In this document: piece after piece, positions 53,293-63,184 of the stretch
Position numbering within the stretch: the first letter of the stretch is position 1
Layout of the letters: every line of letters starts with the position of its first letter
NCBI GenBank assembly: GCA_964613785.1
Contig: CAZTJT010000012.1
Coordinates: 37,065 to 101,064 of the forward strand
Source of the DNA: an uncultured Rikenellaceae bacterium
Lineage (GTDB): Bacteria > Bacteroidota > Bacteroidia > Bacteroidales > VadinHA17
Reading direction: 5' to 3'
Length of the DNA: 64,000 bases
Notes under the pieces: model-generated
Seen by the model: only the letters and a program-made list of their open reading frames with translations
Databases searched by the model: none
What the model was told of the DNA's origin: nothing
Program-made: the position numbers and the translations under genes

Positions 53293-54303
53293 TTACAGAA
53301 TGATCCGGCAGGCTGCAGAATGGAACAGCCTCATGCTTTTCTCCGTTGTTTCAGGAGTGATTTCGCATCCGGCCGATACTATACAACGGTGGCCGGAATC
53401 AATAAAATCGTCATAGACCGACTTGCTGATTTCTTCAGAGGATCCTGACTGAATAACAGTTACCGGGTCACTTTTACCGGAGAAAACTTGTCCGCGACCG
53501 ATCATTCCTGCAAATTCGGAAATTGATGGTACAAGGTGGTCAATGTCAATAATATCTGCACCAGTACGGATCATTCCCGGCAAAATCGACGTCGTGTTAC
53601 CGCATATATGAAGTTTGGCCAGGGCACCTTCCCGGTGAATATGATCCACAAGCCTTTTCTGTCTTTCAAAAGCGAACCTGTTGTACAGATCAGGACCGAT
53701 CTGGGAGCAAAAGGCATCGCCCACACCAATGCAATGAGCGCCAGATCTTATCTGAATAGAAATGAATTCCATCGCTGAATCAACAATAATATCCATCGCT
53801 TTTTCAACAAGATCGGGTTCCATGAGGAAATCAATCGATGCGTTTGAAGCACCTCTCAGATCGACATATTCTGCAACAGGGCCCTCTACCCATCCTACTA
53901 TGAAGAATTCATCTCCTACTTTTTTTCTGAATTCTTTTATCTCACTGATCCTGTTTGAGCACCTCTTATTCTGAAGTGGATCATAACGTTTCAGGGCAGC
54001 AGCACCTGCTGCATCAGGCAAATGTCCTCCAATATCAACAGGAAGGGAATCTTCAGGATAGTGGACCTCGATTCCGAATGCAGATGCCTCTGCCCACGGA
54101 TCTGACATAACTGTTACCCAGTCAATGCCAAAATTTCTGGCGCAACTAATCATCGCTGCACATTTTACCTCCGGGATGGTGCAGAAATCCCTGTATTTTA
54201 CGCCTGCATATTTTGCAGCCCATCTCATTATGATCGGATGAAACGGCGGATGATCAACATTAATCCCATTAATGAAATCTGTTGTTCTTTGAAGTCCTGT
54301 CAT
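53293..54303 (-). CDS. Uroporphyrinogen decarboxylase (URO-D) family protein, methyltransferase-like rather than HemE
   Basis: 336 aa with a URO-D-like TIM barrel (PPFHPIIMRWAA..., HICGNTT). It lacks the HemE N-terminal PvW.MRQAGR motif. Confidence 0.6.
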   Translation of the reverse strand: MTGLQRTTDFINGINVDHPPFHPIIMRWAAKYAGVKYRDFCTIPEVKCAAMISCARNFGIDWVTVMSDPWAEASAFGIEVHYPEDSLPVDIGGHLPDAAGAAALKRYDPLQNKRCSNRISEIKEFRKKVGDEFFIVGWVEGPVAEYVDLRGASNASIDFLMEPDLVEKAMDIIVDSAMEFISIQIRSGAHCIGVGDAFCSQIGPDLYNRFAFERQKRLVDHIHREGALAKLHICGNTTSILPGMIRTGADIIDIDHLVPSISEFAGMIGRGQVFSGKSDPVTVIQSGSSEEISKSVYDDFIDSGHRCIVSAGCEITPETTEKSMRLFHSAACRIIL

Positions 54304-54470
54304 ATTATTTCGGTTTGATTTTATTTTTTAATTCCGGTCCTAAAACATCGCTGGCCGCCGGCAATTCGCCACGTAAAAATTAGTTGAGACGACACTCAAG
54401 AGTGTCATTATTATAGGCTGACAAACCATGAAGGGATTAATATATCCTGCATTCAGCCATTTTATTAAGA

Positions 54471-56120
54471 TTAATTCTTTTTCCATATTCTTTCAATTTC
54501 CTCCAGCGTTCTTCCTTTGGTTTCAGGAATGAATCTGTATACAAACCATGCTGCCAGAAGCCCCATTATCCCGTATATCCAATATGAAAATCCATGGTTG
54601 AATACAGAGGTAAGAAACTTATTGTCGTTCATAACAGGGAAGGTCCAGGAAACTACCAGGTTAGCTATCCACAATGCCGCTCCTGGAATAGACATGGCAC
54701 CTCTTATCGAATTAGGAAAAATTTCCGATAGCAGCACCCATGTCACTGGTCCCCAGCTCATTGCAAAACCAGCAGTAAAGGTAAGCATGAAGAGAAGAGC
54801 TAAAAAACCCGTATTGCCTGAATAAAAGGCGAATCCGAGCGAAAACATGCTTACCGACATTGTAACAGCTCCTATAATCATGAGCGGTTTTCTTCCGTAC
54901 CTGTCAACAGTGGAAATGGCAAGAATTGTGAAGAGCATATTTATAAGCCCTACGATTATTGTCTGGATAAGCGATGTGTTGACGCTAGCACCCATATTCC
55001 TGAAGATGTTTCCTGCATAATACATAACAACATTTATCCCGACGAACTGTTGAAAGACGGCAAGCATGATCCCGGTGAAAATAACAAGAAATCCGAAAGA
55101 AAGCCAGGGTACATTCTTTTGATGAAGCGTTTCGCGGATCTCAGATACTAATTTGTCGGCATTTTCATTACCCGATATTTGAGAAATTACTTTCTGTGCC
55201 TTTTCCTTTTTTCCTTTCATCAGAAGGTATCTGGGTGTTTCAGGTATCAGCATTAAAAGAATAAGGAATAGTGCTGAGGGAATCACCCCTGAAAAAAACA
55301 TCCATCGCCAGCCTTCAGTGATCAGCCAAATATCGTCACCCGACCTGGCAATAAGATAATTGACAAAATAAATAATCACCATGCCTGATATAATTGCAAA
55401 CTGGTTCCATGATACCAGCCGGCCCCTCTTATCAGCCGGTGCTGTTTCTGCTATGTACATCGGAGAGAGGATTGAGGCAAGACCAATACCGATTCCTCCG
55501 GTAATCCTGTAGATAAGAAAGGAAAAGACATCAAGGATTCCGAAGAAATTGAGAGCCTCGGGCTGCCAGGTTCCTATTCCTGAAACCGTGAACATAATAG
55601 CTGAAATCAATAATCCCATTTTCCTGCCTAATGCCCTTGCTAAAAAACCCGCAATAGCGCTGCCCACAATACAACCAATAAGGGCTCCTGAAATTATAAA
55701 GCCCTTGATTGAATCAGCAATACCCTGTATCTCTTCAACCGCTTCTGGGGAAGGCACCTGCTTACCCAAATTGAAGAAGACAAAAATAAACAATATAAGC
55801 ACTAAAACTAATGCAACAGGTAAACCTTTTTTAAATCCTGAAAGTCTGATAATTAAAAATACAACAACTATAGTAATAAGTAACACTGTAATGGCGACAA
55901 TGATCCTGTACTGAGTTATCAGTTTTACTGCATAATCGTATTGTGAAGGATCCAGTGCGCGGATTATGAAAAAATCGACAAGTGATTTTTCAGCACCGTT
56001 TACTACTGCAGTATCATAACCAAACAGGAATCCGCCCAGAGTAGCTACCAGAGTAATCAGGATTATATACCAGCTCTTAAAGCTACCAGCCATATTACTC
56101 TTTTGAGTCTTTGTTCTCAA
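54471..56120 (-). CDS. MFS sugar porter (XylE/GLUT-like sugar:H+ symporter) with an insertion after TM1
   Basis: GGFLFGYDTAVVNGA, GRK, PETPRYL, the PES/PET-type second motif IPETKGRTLEEIE, and VDRYGRKPL. It is 549 aa with two extra hydrophobic helices between TM1 and TM2. Confidence 0.85.
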   Translation of the reverse strand: MRTKTQKSNMAGSFKSWYIILITLVATLGGFLFGYDTAVVNGAEKSLVDFFIIRALDPSQYDYAVKLITQYRIIVAITVLLITIVVVFLIIRLSGFKKGLPVALVLVLILFIFVFFNLGKQVPSPEAVEEIQGIADSIKGFIISGALIGCIVGSAIAGFLARALGRKMGLLISAIMFTVSGIGTWQPEALNFFGILDVFSFLIYRITGGIGIGLASILSPMYIAETAPADKRGRLVSWNQFAIISGMVIIYFVNYLIARSGDDIWLITEGWRWMFFSGVIPSALFLILLMLIPETPRYLLMKGKKEKAQKVISQISGNENADKLVSEIRETLHQKNVPWLSFGFLVIFTGIMLAVFQQFVGINVVMYYAGNIFRNMGASVNTSLIQTIIVGLINMLFTILAISTVDRYGRKPLMIIGAVTMSVSMFSLGFAFYSGNTGFLALLFMLTFTAGFAMSWGPVTWVLLSEIFPNSIRGAMSIPGAALWIANLVVSWTFPVMNDNKFLTSVFNHGFSYWIYGIMGLLAAWFVYRFIPETKGRTLEEIERIWKKN

Positions 56121-56168
56121 ATTATGCTCATTTTTATGATTTGTATTCTTGAACTGAGTCAGGATTAT

Positions 56169-56224
56169 TGATATAAATCATACGATTAAATGATATATAT
56201 CAATATACTTAATGATATTTATCA
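56169..56224 (-). promoter_or_regulatory. Three phased TGATA-N2-(T/A)ATCA palindromes in the sugar-porter promoter region
   Basis: TGATATAAATCA (56169-56180), TGATATATATCA (56191-56202, perfect) and TGATATTTATCA (56213-56224), with starts exactly 22 bp apart, 49-104 nt upstream of the ATG at 56120. Confidence 0.5.
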
Positions 56225-56301
56225 ATAATTATTATGTGTATTTTTTATATATTAAATTGATATGTAATTTATTAAGTATTATTATATAATCTATTGCTTT
56301 A

Positions 56302-56967
56302 TTAATATACATCATTTAGAAAATCATTCAAAGGTTTCATGATTCTGCAGGCTTTAACGACCAAACTAAAGCAGTCTTTACTGGTGACAACATTGTCGGG
56401 GATCATTTTGCTGACCAGGTAGCTCTTATATTTAAGCAGGTCTGCATAAGGATGGTTGGAGTTATAGCCTCTGGGCATTGATTTCAGCTTTTCTCCTTCA
56501 ATATCCCCAAAGTATTTAGTAAATGCCTTATTATTAATTATTTCAACTAACCTCTCTCCGTTTTCAGCAATTTTACTTCTGATTGCTGTCAGCCAGGGCA
56601 TTGGAGGCATGTAAGCTCCTCCTGCAACCATGCTGCCTTCAGGCTCTACATGGAAATAATAACCGGCAAACCTGTCCCCGTTCCTTTTACCACCCCTGAC
56701 AATAAATGCTCCCATATGGGATTTGTAGATTGTTTTATCGTTCGAAAACCTTATGTCCCTGTTTATTCTGTAGGTACAGCTTTTTGCCTCAAGGCCTTTG
56801 AGGATGGGGTCGAAGTTTATTATTTCATCGATGAGGGCCTGAACAAACGATTCAAAATTACTGCGTGCATCCTCATAGCGGGTCCTGTTCCTGTTGAACC
56901 AATCCCTTTCGTTGTTTTGCTTTAATTCGCGAAGGAACTCAAGTGTTGATTTCTTTATCTGAAACAT
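56302..56967 (-). CDS. DUF2461 (TIGR02453) family protein
   Basis: FLRELKQNNERDWF..N...YE and INRDIRFS.DK..YK patterns typical of this family. Length is 221 aa. Confidence 0.75.
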   Translation of the reverse strand: MFQIKKSTLEFLRELKQNNERDWFNRNRTRYEDARSNFESFVQALIDEIINFDPILKGLEAKSCTYRINRDIRFSNDKTIYKSHMGAFIVRGGKRNGDRFAGYYFHVEPEGSMVAGGAYMPPMPWLTAIRSKIAENGERLVEIINNKAFTKYFGDIEGEKLKSMPRGYNSNHPYADLLKYKSYLVSKMIPDNVVTSKDCFSLVVKACRIMKPLNDFLNDVY

Positions 56968-57124
56968 TTACTGGCGGCATTTAAATAGAGATGAAAAAGA
57001 TAATTATTATTCCGAAGAAAACACTCTTACCTGGTTTTGTTTTTTTAAGGAAAACTTGACTTTAACGAAAAAAATGATTAAAATAATGGCAGTTATTTTG
57101 ATTAGAAACAAATCATGTTAATTT

Positions 57125-57385
57125 ATGGGAAGGTTTGACAGATTCTGCCAGAGCTGCGGAATGCCAATGGAAAAGGACCCGGGAAAGGGCGGCACGGATG
57201 CCGATGGTACCAGATCACTGAAATACTGCAGCTATTGTTATGCTGATGGAAAATTCAATGATGATTTTACAAATCCCGCCCAGATGGTGAAGTTTGTAAG
57301 GGGTAAGCTGAAGGAGATGGGAACAGGACCACTCATGAGATGGTTTTATACCTCTCATATTCCTCATCTTGAAAGATGGAAATGA
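57125..57385 (+). CDS. Zinc-ribbon domain protein (Zn_ribbon_2-like)
   Basis: FCQSCGMPM...YCSYCYADGKF gives two CxxC pairs at the N-terminus. Length is 86 aa. Confidence 0.6.
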   Translation: MGRFDRFCQSCGMPMEKDPGKGGTDADGTRSLKYCSYCYADGKFNDDFTNPAQMVKFVRGKLKEMGTGPLMRWFYTSHIPHLERWK

Positions 57386-57443
57386 ATAGTACGGCACCGC
57401 TATAAAGATACCGGTGTACAGGTGACTGGGAACAGGCTGATTA

Positions 57444-60116
57444 TTAGTTGTTGTTCAGTCTGCAGTTAATAATGTATTGCCCGCTTTCCAGTGTTTCAAT
57501 TTCGGGCAGAGTTTTATTCTCACCGTTGACCATGTAGCTCATGGTTCCGGCGGGTATCTTTACAACTGCGGTGCAGCCAACCGGTATTCTGATAATCATT
57601 TTCAACATTTTATTGCTTTTTTCCCAGGAAATGCTCAAAGGGCCAAATGGTGTTTCCTTGGTACATTCTGCGCTCTCTAAGCCGCCAGGGATCTGTGGAT
57701 CGATAGTAACTTTCCTGTAGCCCGGATGAGTTTCATCAGGTATGATACCACCAAGAGCCTGGTAGAACCACGAACCAATTCCGTTATAGCAGTTGTGAAT
57801 CCTGCTCCTGGCCCCGTTCCAGTGTTCCCAGGTGGTGGTTGCTCCGTTGTCAATCATGTACAGATAACCTGGATAACCTTTGCTTTTAAGAATAGTGTAC
57901 ATCAGGTCAGCCTCCCTGTTTCTTACGGCCCATTCAGTGAAAACGGGAATACCAACCAGTCCGGTTGCGATATGTCCGTTCTTGCTCTTCACGATAAGGT
58001 CGTGCAGACTGACTGTTACCTTGTCAGTAATTGAATCAGGTACTATATCAGCGAGCAGGGGGTAGGTGAGATCTATTTGTGATCCGCTGCCGTATGTTGT
58101 TTCCTTCTTTACAAAATATATATCCTGTATTTTCTTTCGCAGAGCAGCCGCTTTTTTAGAATAAATCTCAGCATCCGAGGTTTTCTCCAGAATAATGGCT
58201 ATTTTTTTCATGGTCTCATAACAGACAGTTATAAAACAGTTATTTACAAGACCTATAGATTCCGGATTTCTCTGGTCAGTGCCTTCCGGAACGGCCCAGT
58301 CGCCAAGATACCACGTCCGGTAATCGGTCTCGGGCCACGGCTCCAGAAGCCCATCAGGAGAGTACTTTTCAACATAACCAAGCCACTTTTGCATTACCGG
58401 GTAATATTTTGCTAGTATCCCGGCATTCCCATAATTCTTATATGTTCTCCATGAAGCCGTAATTATAAAGCCGCACCAGTAGGGTCCTCCTCCGGCCGGA
58501 TAGGGATTCGGTGCAGTATGCGGCATTCCTCCGTCTTCCCTAATGCAATCAGCCCATGCCTGAAGCCAGTTTCTGTATAATGGTTCCAAACCAAACATTG
58601 TCTGGGCCGTTTCTGTTGAAGCGTTGCCATCACCACCGTAACCAAGCCGCTCTATCTGAGGGCAATCGACCAGGTAACCCCCCAGGCTCAGGCATCTTAG
58701 AGTATAGAAGATCATATCGTGGATACTGTTGAGATCCTTATCAGAACAATGGAATGAGGATGACATATCGAAATTGGTATGGATGAGATGAGCCTTTATT
58801 TTTTCCCTTTGAGGCTCAGCTGCCAGGTTGGAAATCTTAACATATCTGAATCCGTGATAGTTGAATTTATTGCAAAATACTTCATTCATACGGCCAGATG
58901 AAATAAACCTGTCTTCCTGTCCCTGATTGACAAAATTTCCTTCTTTGTCGAGATGGTCACAATACTCCAGTTTAATAACCTGTCCTTGATTGATGGGGGG
59001 AAAGTTTATTTCAAACCATCCGGTAAGTGTTTTACCCATGTCAGCTAACCAGACCGAATCACTAAGCTTTGTCACTGATTCAGGGCTGAAGGTTTCCATT
59101 ATTTTGTTGCCTTCAACTGGCTGGGGAGCAGCAATAGCTGAGGGTAAGGATGATACAATAACCTGATTCCATGTGGCTTTGTCAAGACTTCCGGACGACA
59201 GGTTCTCAAGCAAAAGTGATGCATCAATCAACTCACCCCCGAAATCACCTGCCCTCCATGAGCCAATTGTATAATAACCGCTTTTCCTTCCGGTCCATGA
59301 TGAGTCGGTTATAAAAAGATTCTGCCAATTCCCGTCAACCAGTTTCTCAGCCTGTGCTCTAACGACGGGACCTTTACCGGTGACACCCGGCAGGCCTTTG
59401 CTGTACCAGCCCTGGCCAAGCCAGATAACAATATCATTTCTGCCTTTGCCCAGAAGCGGGGTAATATCATAAGTAATCGTCAGCGACCTTTTATTGAATT
59501 GTGACACCGCCGGAGCAAGGACATTTTCGCCAGCCTTTCTTCCATTGACCCAGATCTCATGGTATCCCAGCGAATTGACATGAAAAAATACCTTTTCGGG
59601 GATCTTACTGATCTCGAATGTCTTCCAGAGTTGAGGGCTTGTAACATAATTTTCCTCATCGGGCAGTCCTATGTACTTTGCCTGCCAGTCCGACTGGTTA
59701 ACAAGACCTATGCTGAAAATTACTTTTTCGCTCCAATCAGAAGATTTATCATTCTGATCCCATACCCTTACTTTCCAGTAGCATAATGATCTCGAGCCCA
59801 GCTTTATGCCGCCATACGGTATCAATACACTCTGTGATGACGCTACCTTTCCCGAATTCCACAGATCAGCATCTTTCTCATTGAGAAGAGATTCACTGCT
59901 TGCAACAAGTATCTGGTATGATGACTGCGATGTACCATTCTCGGAAGACTTAATTTTCCAGCTAAGCAGGGGAGAGGTTGTGTCAATACCAATAGGGTTG
60001 GAAAGGCTCTCTGTACGCAGGTCATACAGTATCAAATCAGGGTTTATGTCTGAACAACAGCTGATGATTACAGATTCAATAAGAATCATGATTATTAAAA
60101 GGAATGAACGGTGCAT
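57444..60116 (-). CDS. Alpha-L-rhamnosidase (GH78)
   Basis: 890 aa with a signal/lipoprotein-like N-terminus. SPLLSWKI.S......Q.SYQILVAS resembles the GH78 N-terminal domain. The central (alpha/alpha)6 region includes DCPQIERLGYGGDG. Confidence 0.8.
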   Translation of the reverse strand: MHRSFLLIIMILIESVIISCCSDINPDLILYDLRTESLSNPIGIDTTSPLLSWKIKSSENGTSQSSYQILVASSESLLNEKDADLWNSGKVASSQSVLIPYGGIKLGSRSLCYWKVRVWDQNDKSSDWSEKVIFSIGLVNQSDWQAKYIGLPDEENYVTSPQLWKTFEISKIPEKVFFHVNSLGYHEIWVNGRKAGENVLAPAVSQFNKRSLTITYDITPLLGKGRNDIVIWLGQGWYSKGLPGVTGKGPVVRAQAEKLVDGNWQNLFITDSSWTGRKSGYYTIGSWRAGDFGGELIDASLLLENLSSGSLDKATWNQVIVSSLPSAIAAPQPVEGNKIMETFSPESVTKLSDSVWLADMGKTLTGWFEINFPPINQGQVIKLEYCDHLDKEGNFVNQGQEDRFISSGRMNEVFCNKFNYHGFRYVKISNLAAEPQREKIKAHLIHTNFDMSSSFHCSDKDLNSIHDMIFYTLRCLSLGGYLVDCPQIERLGYGGDGNASTETAQTMFGLEPLYRNWLQAWADCIREDGGMPHTAPNPYPAGGGPYWCGFIITASWRTYKNYGNAGILAKYYPVMQKWLGYVEKYSPDGLLEPWPETDYRTWYLGDWAVPEGTDQRNPESIGLVNNCFITVCYETMKKIAIILEKTSDAEIYSKKAAALRKKIQDIYFVKKETTYGSGSQIDLTYPLLADIVPDSITDKVTVSLHDLIVKSKNGHIATGLVGIPVFTEWAVRNREADLMYTILKSKGYPGYLYMIDNGATTTWEHWNGARSRIHNCYNGIGSWFYQALGGIIPDETHPGYRKVTIDPQIPGGLESAECTKETPFGPLSISWEKSNKMLKMIIRIPVGCTAVVKIPAGTMSYMVNGENKTLPEIETLESGQYIINCRLNNN

Positions 60117-60493
60117 AGGTATATTTTTTGGAATTTCTATTAATATTTGAATTTTTAACCAGGGTTGCTGTAATCTTGTCTTTATTTGCAGATTAAGTTG
60201 TTCATTAATAGGGTATTATGTGAAAGTATTGAAAAATGTGTGAAAATAATACAAGTGCTATGATGTTCATTGTCAATTAACATGCAGCAATTAACAAATT
60301 AACGGTAACCTCGATCCTTCTGCAAATTATCCTGATCGCTACAGTCCAGATACTGTAAAATTAACCGTTTTACATTGAAAAATATATTAAAAGGGCAAAA
60401 ACGAACTGTCAAAAATGCAGGTTCAAGACTATTTGAAAATAAACTGCGTTATTATGGTTATAAATATCCAAAAATTACAAAACGGAGGTACGA

Positions 60494-62128
60494 ATGAGCG
60501 AAAAATTTTCTATTAGTCCGGCTGGAGAGGAATTTCCATTACCAGATCATCAGGATTACCGGGATGAATTTGAAAAGCTGAAAAAACGGGTTGAGATTGA
60601 AAGATCCAATAATCGGGAAATTGTTGTAGTGATGGGAGTAGGGTTTGTTGGTGCCGTAATGGCTGCCATTGTTGCCGATACTGTTGATAAGGACGGCCAG
60701 CCCTCAAAATTTGTCATAGGAATGCAGCGTCCCAGTGTGCGCAGCTATTGGAAAATACCCTTGCTGAATCGTGGCGTTTCACCGGTAAAGGCTGAGGATC
60801 CTGAAGTTGATCCTATGATTGCACGGTGTGTTAAGGACAAGAAAACCCTTATAGCCACTTTTACATACGATGTTTTGAAACTTGCTGATGTTGTTGTTGT
60901 TGATGTGCAATGCGACTATCTCAAGGAAGATCTGGGAAATGTCAGGACTGGTCAGACTGACATGGCAGCTCTTGAATCTTCGCTTCATGTCATAGCCGAG
61001 CATATACCAGCCAATGCACTGGTTCTTATCGAAACCACTGTTGCACCGGGCACAACCGAGCAGGTTGCTTATCCAATAATGAAAAAGGTATTCAAGAAGA
61101 GAGGTATTGAAACGGATCCTCTGCTTGCTCATAGTTATGAAAGGGTTATGCCGGGAAAAAATTATGTTGCAAGCATTCGCGACTTCTGGAGGGTATGCAG
61201 TGGCATCAACGAAGAGGCTAAAAGAAGGGTGGTAAAATTCCTGACGGAGGTGCTTAACACTGAAAAATTTCCGCTTACGGTTATGGACCGGCCGATTGAA
61301 TCGGAAACAGCCAAGATCGTGGAGAACAGCTACCGCGCGACAATTCTGGCATTCCTTGATGAATGGAGCCTGTTTGCCGAACGAAATGGAGTTGATCTTA
61401 TCAAGGTTATAAAGGCAATTAAAGTAAGGCCTACTCATTCAAACATGATCTTTCCAGGGCCCGGGATCGGAGGATACTGCCTTCCGAAAGATGGAGGATT
61501 GGGACTATGGGCTTATAAGCATATACTTGGTTTTGAGGATGATATATTCAAAATCACTCCTCTGGCAATTGATATAAATGATACAAGGGGCCTGCATGTC
61601 GGACAGCTTACAAGGGATGCGCTGCGGAATATGGGAAAGCCCATTGCAGCAGCCAATGTGCTGGTGCTTGGGGCTGCCTACAGGGAAGATGTGGGTGATA
61701 CACGTTACAGTGGTTCTGAGATAGTGATAAGAAAGCTTGCGGAGATGGGGGCAGAAATAAAGGTACATGATCCTTATGTTGAACACTGGTGGGAGTTTGA
61801 GCAGCAGGATACTTTTCCAGGTGTCGGGCAAAGTAAGGCAAGGTTTTTCAGGAACCAGGATAAACTGAAAGAGATCCGTGTGGAGCATGATTTAAACAAA
61901 GTTCTTGAAGATGTTGATGCGGTAATTCTCGCAGTGCCTCATAAAAGCTACCTGGATCTTGATCCGGATGATGTGGTAAGCAAGATTGGAAAGCCGGCAG
62001 CCGTAATAGATTGTTTCGGAATTCTTACTGATGATAAGATAAAGAGATATTTTCAGCTTGGTTGTGAAGTGAAGGGATTGGGCCGCGGACATATACAAAG
62101 GATAAAGGAAGAAGTTCGCAAACTTTAA
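60494..62128 (+). CDS. Nucleotide-sugar dehydrogenase (UDP-glucose/GDP-mannose dehydrogenase family), long form
   Basis: Rossmann VVVMGVGFVGAVMAA, central ENSYRA and PGPGIGGYCLPKD (catalytic Cys), and a C-terminal UDP-binding domain LGAAYREDVGDTR. Length is 544 aa. Confidence 0.8.
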   Translation: MSEKFSISPAGEEFPLPDHQDYRDEFEKLKKRVEIERSNNREIVVVMGVGFVGAVMAAIVADTVDKDGQPSKFVIGMQRPSVRSYWKIPLLNRGVSPVKAEDPEVDPMIARCVKDKKTLIATFTYDVLKLADVVVVDVQCDYLKEDLGNVRTGQTDMAALESSLHVIAEHIPANALVLIETTVAPGTTEQVAYPIMKKVFKKRGIETDPLLAHSYERVMPGKNYVASIRDFWRVCSGINEEAKRRVVKFLTEVLNTEKFPLTVMDRPIESETAKIVENSYRATILAFLDEWSLFAERNGVDLIKVIKAIKVRPTHSNMIFPGPGIGGYCLPKDGGLGLWAYKHILGFEDDIFKITPLAIDINDTRGLHVGQLTRDALRNMGKPIAAANVLVLGAAYREDVGDTRYSGSEIVIRKLAEMGAEIKVHDPYVEHWWEFEQQDTFPGVGQSKARFFRNQDKLKEIRVEHDLNKVLEDVDAVILAVPHKSYLDLDPDDVVSKIGKPAAVIDCFGILTDDKIKRYFQLGCEVKGLGRGHIQRIKEEVRKL

Positions 62129-62281
62129 AGATCAAATAGAGTTCTCGGATACGACGGATGCGATTAATATATTTCCTATAATTAATATTATGTCAAATAG
62201 AATAGATTGCATTAGAATAGTTACAATATTTTATGCTAAAGAAATAATATTTACCTCCCCTCGCGGGCGCTGAAGAAAGAA

Positions 62282-63178
62282 TTAAAGTCCGAGATATGAA
62301 CCTATCAGCTGTGGTTCAGTTGAATCGAGCATTGGAAGGCTCGGAATACAGTAAGGATCAATATCAGTATTTTCAATTGCTCCCCATATTGATGTTCGTA
62401 TAAAATTGTAACCGTTACGCTGCGCCGCTGAAATTATATCAGATTCTCCTGCCCCATCGCCGTATGGAAGAGCAAAGATCCTTACAGTTCCATAAGTATG
62501 TTTTTCAATTATTTGTTTTGAAATTCCAAACTCATAATCGAGAAATCCGTTGTATTCTTCAGGTGATGAAAAGCCAGCTTTCCTTTGGTAGAGATATGGA
62601 TGTGAGCATGAATGCGAGCCAAAGGTAAACAGCCTTATTCCGGGGCTGACTGTATAATGGCTCATAATTTCAACCTCTTCCCATGAAATAAAAGAGTCTT
62701 CTCCTATCATATTGGTCCATAGAAAGAATGTAGCTTTGATTTTGTTCTTTGCCAGTAACGGCATCGCTAGAGAATACCACGAGTGATCTCCGTCATCAAA
62801 TGTTATGATTGCCGAATTCCCGGAGGGCATTTTTCCCTTGGCCAGAATCAGGGCGAGCTCATCGAAATCGATGATTTTTATGTTATTATCTTTCAGATAC
62901 TTAATATCTGATTCAAGATCTGATATACTTCTCTCATAGAGATTACCCGCATTGCCATTGACAATTCTGTGGTACATTAGAACTATTATTTTCCCTTCGC
63001 CAGTTGGATTTTCGGCATAATCGGGCTTACATGCTGGAAGTGATAGATTTAAAAAGAAGAATTCCAGGAGGATTGTCCGTATGAGTATTTTGTATATCAG
63101 TTTATTGATCATTTTATTAAAAAGAAAAGAGGCTGTTTCAGAATTTTTAATGATACAGCCTCTTTCAGAAAGATTCAA
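62282..63178 (-). CDS. Polysaccharide deacetylase (NodB homology domain) lipoprotein
   Basis: IITFDDGDHSWY (the NodB TFDDG motif) and FGSHSCSHP. The likely true start is the internal Met at 63112, with lipobox LSLPAC. Confidence 0.7.
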   Translation of the reverse strand: MNLSERGCIIKNSETASFLFNKMINKLIYKILIRTILLEFFFLNLSLPACKPDYAENPTGEGKIIVLMYHRIVNGNAGNLYERSISDLESDIKYLKDNNIKIIDFDELALILAKGKMPSGNSAIITFDDGDHSWYSLAMPLLAKNKIKATFFLWTNMIGEDSFISWEEVEIMSHYTVSPGIRLFTFGSHSCSHPYLYQRKAGFSSPEEYNGFLDYEFGISKQIIEKHTYGTVRIFALPYGDGAGESDIISAAQRNGYNFIRTSIWGAIENTDIDPYCIPSLPMLDSTEPQLIGSYLGL

Positions 63179-63184
63179 TATTTT

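Noticed and set aside
53293-54303. The URO-D family gene could be HemE of heme biosynthesis.
   Set aside because: It lacks the HemE N-terminal PvW.MRQAGR motif, and no other hem genes are adjacent. It is therefore called only at family level.
60117-60493. The upstream region of the nucleotide-sugar dehydrogenase gene has repeated CAATTAAC and GTGAAA words and could be an invertible capsule promoter.
   Set aside because: No flanking inverted repeats of useful length were found, and no recombinase or UpxY/UpxZ genes are nearby. The short words are compatible with chance in AT-rich DNA.
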